Of a stretch of DNA of 64,000 bases, positions 62,001 to 64,000 are shown one piece after another. Numbering within the stretch: position 1 is the first letter of the stretch; each line of letters opens with the position of its first letter. Below the pieces are notes generated by a model, which did not search any database, was not told where the DNA came from, and saw nothing but the letters and a program-made list of their open reading frames with translations. The DNA is from Octopus sinensis. Taxonomy: Eukaryota. The position numbers were made by a program, and so were the translations under genes. The stretch is taken from NCBI RefSeq assembly GCF_006345805.1, contig NC_043010.1, positions 37,510,001-37,574,000 of the forward strand, in the 5' to 3' direction.

Positions 62001-63332
62001 AAACCATGTACTTAAGAAGCAAAATACTTAACAACATAACCAAACCTCTGCCAGTTAACTTAGATATTTAAAATTTTTTTCTTAAACATGAAGAAAATCT
62101 GAAAAATTATGATCATATTAGGAATCCTTTGTTTTTCTTCCTTTTAGAACCTTTATTCATGTTATTCTTCTTATTTACTTTCTAGGAGCAAATGGAGAAT
62201 TTTAAAGAAGAATTTATCATGAAAAACATTGTCGAGAAAGAGAAAGAAGAGAAATCGTATCCTTAAATTCTTTACTAACTTTGGTCTCTATGACAACCAA
62301 TACATATGTGTTCTTGTAATTTCATGACGTTGTTGTTGATGATAATGTTGGTGTTGTAAAGAGGGAGTTGATGAAAAAAAAAAAAAGGACCCTGCCTATT
62401 GTTATTATTGAACTCAAGTGGGCCCTTGTCAGAGCAGACTTATGATTTCAAGACATTTCAGCCATCACCTTCTTGTCTTCTTTTCAAATAGGGTATTTCT
62501 AGGGATTCATTATAGCGTTATTCTTTTTTCTTCAAGATGTTAGGGTGTAATTTGAGAGAATTTTGGCTGCTATTTCTAACAGGTTGAATGATTGTACAGA
62601 GGACCCCTCATTGGCTCATTATGTTCAGCAGCAGCTGTTGTTGTTGTTGTTTGGACCATGGTCAGCCCTGAATGGGCTGATCTGATGTCATATGCATTAG
62701 GGTCATGCCGATCCTACTTTTCTTGTTAAGGCAGCCTAGGGTGGTTTTTCTACCTGGCCGGCTCCTGTCAACCGTCCTACCCATGCATGCATGGAAGATG
62801 GACATTAAACGATGATGATGATAGAAATAACATGCTTTACATAACACTTAAGCATCAGTTTGGATTATATAAAGCTTTATTTTATATTTTAAAAAATTCT
62901 ACAGTGCACTTGGATACCCTTTACAATACACCAGTGCTTTGCAGTGCATTGTTGGAAAACCGATGATTCTCTGTCTCGAAAAAACTTGAAGGACGTCTAT
63001 TGGTTGGTCATAATTGTGAATCTTCAAATAAGGGACATAACTCTACGCGTTTCAAGTTGAGTGAATCGTATAAAACCTTTCTCATTGGTTCATGTGTGTG
63101 TGTGTGGTGCACGTGTAGTGATGCAGTGTTTAGTTAGTCTTCGTTTCTTGTTAGTGTAAAATCTTCCTTGACTCTTTAATCTCTCAGTCTCTTCAAATGG
63201 CTGCCTTGCCTCCACCATCACTGCTACAAGGCTCACGTCGGCCCCATTGCCGGGAAGTCGTCACTCCACCATGCGATGCGGAAACTCTATAAGTTAGAGA
63301 AAGCAAAGTTAGACGTTGCGCAACCGGCATAA
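43043..63332 (+). CDS. PUS1: tRNA pseudouridine synthase 1 (TruA family), complete, 16 coding exons, 420 aa
   Basis: Join: 43043-43120, 43903-44004, 45701-45795, 47018-47111, 48646-48714, 50013-50082, 50844-50944, 53122-53149, 55518-55596, 56695-56740, 57416-57509, 58121-58191, 58942-58986, 61655-61729, 62186-62256, 63188-63332 (1263 nt, open frame). Motifs: [32 protein letters not shown] (catalytic Asp), RTYIYVMPTFA, KGTHNFHNFT, GQSFMLHHIRKMIG, PKAPGLGLVL. Confidence 0.95.
43903..44004 (+). CDS. PUS1: PUS1 coding exon 2
   Basis: AAAVKQETDDKTAMKRQHDDDDNDDSKTPSKLLK; ctgtag / gtgagt. Confidence 0.8.
44152..44560 (+). mobile_element. Tandem pair of SINEs with gtcgactttgcctttcatcctttcggggtcgataaattaagtaccag core (MetaSINE-like)
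   Basis: Other copies at about 1912-2125(+), 3385-3585(-), 8295-8800(-), 39850-40460(+), 42280-42800(-), 47640-47960(-), 57085-57260(-). Confidence 0.8.
45050..45150. repeat. Compound (TA)n(TATG)n(TG)n(TATG)n microsatellite; other (TA)n/(CA)n tracts near 41-80, 13275-13345, 23363-23400, 26885-26935, 38265-38295, 45555-45595, 52675-52715, 52995-53040
   Basis: Read directly. Confidence 0.95.
45701..45795 (+). CDS. PUS1: PUS1 coding exon 3
   Basis: [31 protein letters not shown](V); aaccag / gtgagt. Confidence 0.95.
46550..46920. repeat. Pyrimidine-rich (CT) low-complexity tract; similar tracts at 55225-55480 (GAT/GGT) and 56490-57080
   Basis: Strong strand compositional bias, no protein similarity. 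Confidence 0.8.
47018..47111 (+). CDS. PUS1: PUS1 coding exon 4
   Basis: NSAFPTIESELFKALVAVGLVPQDHVDNPYK; ttctag / gtaagt. Confidence 0.95.
48085..48505 (-). mobile_element. Tandem pair of the same SINE in inverted orientation
   Basis: Reverse complement of the 44152-44560 family. Confidence 0.8.
48646..48714 (+). CDS. PUS1: PUS1 coding exon 5 (catalytic RTDKG motif); followed by an AT-AC intron
   Basis: [23 protein letters not shown]; tttcag acceptor; aag|ataagt donor. Confidence 0.9.
48715..50012 (+). other. PUS1: AT-AC intron with a U2-like donor (AAG|ATAAGT ... TTTTAC|ATG)
   Basis: No usable AG precedes exon 6; AT-AC termini give the in-frame junction SLK|MLIH. Confidence 0.8.
49400..49912 (+). 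mobile_element. RTE-clade LINE 3' remnant
   Basis: RLESFDHLCLRCILRVQW..VSN...RCLRWLGHAL...GWRKRCGGQRKT*LMTVKADL; (caaga)n tail. Confidence 0.8.
50013..50082 (+). CDS. PUS1: PUS1 coding exon 6
   Basis: MLIHFDNLIDRLNETLPKQIRIL(G); long T tract then ac| acceptor; gtaagt donor. Confidence 0.85.
50844..50944 (+). CDS. PUS1: PUS1 coding exon 7
   Basis: (G)MLRTTNSFNSKNHCSHRTYIYVMPTFALTPVEE; ttgtag / gtatgt. Confidence 0.95.
53122..53149 (+). CDS. PUS1: PUS1 coding exon 8 (28-nt microexon)
   Basis: NVVLDYRIE; tttcag / gtaagc; needed to bridge phase 0 to phase 1. Confidence 0.85.
55518..55596 (+). CDS. PUS1: PUS1 coding exon 9
   Basis: (E)SKLEELNSVLSLFKGTHNFHNFTSG(R); tttcag / gtaaga. Confidence 0.95.
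55707..56110. mobile_element. hAT-type MITE with a perfect 8-bp TSD (tttgtaga)
   Basis: TIR cagtggcatagc / gttacgctactg; identical tttgtaga at 55699-55706 and 56111-56118. Confidence 0.85.
56695..56740 (+). CDS. PUS1: PUS1 coding exon 10
   Basis: KFSDPSANRYIMDFE; atttag / gtaagt. Confidence 0.92.
57416..57509 (+). CDS. PUS1: PUS1 coding exon 11
   Basis: AGKPVVIDGLELVTIRIQGQSFMLHHIRKMI(G); tttcag / gtacgc. Confidence 0.95.
58121..58191 (+). CDS. PUS1: PUS1 coding exon 12
   Basis: LSIAIVRGFCGKDVIDLAWKAEK; ttccag / gtaagt. Confidence 0.93.
58942..58986 (+). CDS. PUS1: PUS1 coding exon 13
   Basis: VDVPKAPGLGLVLER; ttacag / gtaaag. Confidence 0.95.
60452..60486 (+). ncRNA. Second copy of the 23653 hammerhead motif (CpG decay in stem III), inside a repeat at 60390-60575
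   Basis: GTTT-CCGACGA-A-GAGC-TCC-GCTC-GAAA-TGTT-AAAC; flanks about 90% identical to 23590-23770. Confidence 0.5.
60812..61122. mobile_element. Charlie/MER5-like hAT MITE (CAGTGGTTC...GAACCACTG)
   Basis: TIRs read directly; relatives near 29437-29795 and 46139-46393. Confidence 0.65.
61655..61729 (+). CDS. PUS1: PUS1 coding exon 14
   Basis: LHYNGYNKRFGNDGIHEPLVWDKYD; gtctag / gtaagt. Confidence 0.95.
62186..62256 (+). CDS. PUS1: PUS1 coding exon 15; followed by a U12-type intron
   Basis: EQMENFKEEFIMKNIVEKEKEEK(S); ttctag / gtatccttaa. Confidence 0.93.
62257..63187 (+). other. PUS1: U12-type (minor spliceosome) GT-AG intron
   Basis: Donor GTATCCTT; branch site TTCCTTGAC at 63164-63172, with the branch A 16 nt before the 3' splice site. 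Confidence 0.92.
63188..63332 (+). CDS. PUS1: PUS1 terminal coding exon 16
   Basis: LFKWLPCLHHHCYKAHVGPIAGKSSLHHAMRKLYKLEKAKLDVAQPA*; U12 branch TTCCTTGAC then ctcag; the WL..L matches the PUS1 C-terminal motif. Confidence 0.88.
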
Positions 63333-63520
63333 AAAGGAAACAGAGGTGGGGACGGAGGTGGGGGGCGGGGGTAAGAGAGAGGAAGAGGAAGAGAACAAGA
63401 ATAGGATAAAATAACAAGAAATAACAAACAAACAAATAGAAAAACACGTTTATGTTTTAAATAATTAAGAGGCAATACCAGCATGAAAGAAAAAAAAATT
63501 CAATAATTAGTGTTGATATA

Positions 63521-63754
63521 CTGGGTTGGCCATAAGTCACCCAACAGCAAATCAAAATTCCATAAATACTTTCTGTTATTCCGTATTGACTCGAATGGAA
63601 AAATGTGTCGCTCAAAAAGGACTTCAGCTTGAACAATTTTCATGTTGTTCTATATTTAGATGCTTTTATTTAAATTAATTCAGTTGTTAAACATAAATAA
63701 ATCTTGGAATTAAAAGGTTTTGATTTACTGTCAAGTGACTTTTGGTCAACCCTG
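63521..63754. mobile_element. MITE with about 37-bp TIRs (c.gggttggcc..aagtcac...), TA-flanked, in the PUS1 3' region
   Basis: ctgggttggccataagtcacccaacagcaaatcaaaa / ttttgatttactgtcaagtgacttttggtcaaccctg. Confidence 0.7.
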
Positions 63755-63790
63755 TGTGTATGTGTGTTTGTATATATATATATATATATA

Positions 63791-64000
63791 TAGAGTTGGC
63801 CAAAAGTCCCCTGACAGTAAATTAAAATTCCATAAATACAATCTGTGATTCTGTATATTCAAATGAGAAATGTGTCACTCAAGAAGGACTTCAGTTTGAA
63901 CAATTTCCATAGTTGGACATAAATTTTCATAATTAAACACAAATAAATCTTGGAATGAAATGGTTTTGATTTACTGTCGGGTGACCTTTGGCCAACTCTG
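63791..64000. mobile_element. Second adjacent copy of the same MITE
   Basis: agagttggccaaaagtcccctgacagtaaatt ... gatttactgtcgggtgacctttggccaactctg. Confidence 0.7.

Noticed and set aside
384-63332. Intronic box C/D or H/ACA snoRNAs
   Set aside because: The many TGATGA hits are (GAT)n SINE tails, and no C/D pair with terminal stems was convincing. A snoscan/Infernal run would be needed.
5442-63484. Most of the 60-170 aa ORFs in the track (for example 16061-16537, 54497-54793, 56402-56914, 46578-46988)
   Set aside because: They translate SINE consensus, microsatellite or low-complexity sequence. The same peptides (LDALPNANHS, YSRRHLPKVP) recur in many copies.

Overview
Eukaryotic, AT-rich, repeat-dense genomic DNA. 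The SINE/MITE repertoire and gene style suggest an octopus (coleoid cephalopod); this is inference. Two multi-exon genes could be reconstructed by hand with consistent splice phases. NOP14 is on the minus strand (12 coding exons, 20458 down to 384, about 490 codons, continuing past the window start). PUS1 (tRNA pseudouridine synthase 1) is on the plus strand (16 coding exons, 43043-63332, 420 aa, complete). PUS1 needs a non-canonical AT-AC intron with a U2-like donor (48715-50012), and its last intron is a textbook U12-type GT-AG intron (62257-63187). Its first coding exon has a mitochondrial-presequence-like N-terminus, a second in-frame Met and an overlapping uORF. Between the genes lie two promoter-like regions (about 22.2-22.9 kb and 26.0 kb) and a candidate spliced gene for an unrecognised 70-aa microprotein (31797-32009). 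Five minimal type-I hammerhead-ribozyme-like motifs of the Penelope-element type are present. One is the tail of a tRNA-headed SINE (17220-17470), and one has an intact fold (23653-23687). Introns are filled with tRNA-derived SINEs, MITEs, a Helitron-like element, LINE/Penelope/hAT remnants and microsatellites. No database searches were run; family names for repeats come from recalled motifs, and repeat boundaries are approximate.
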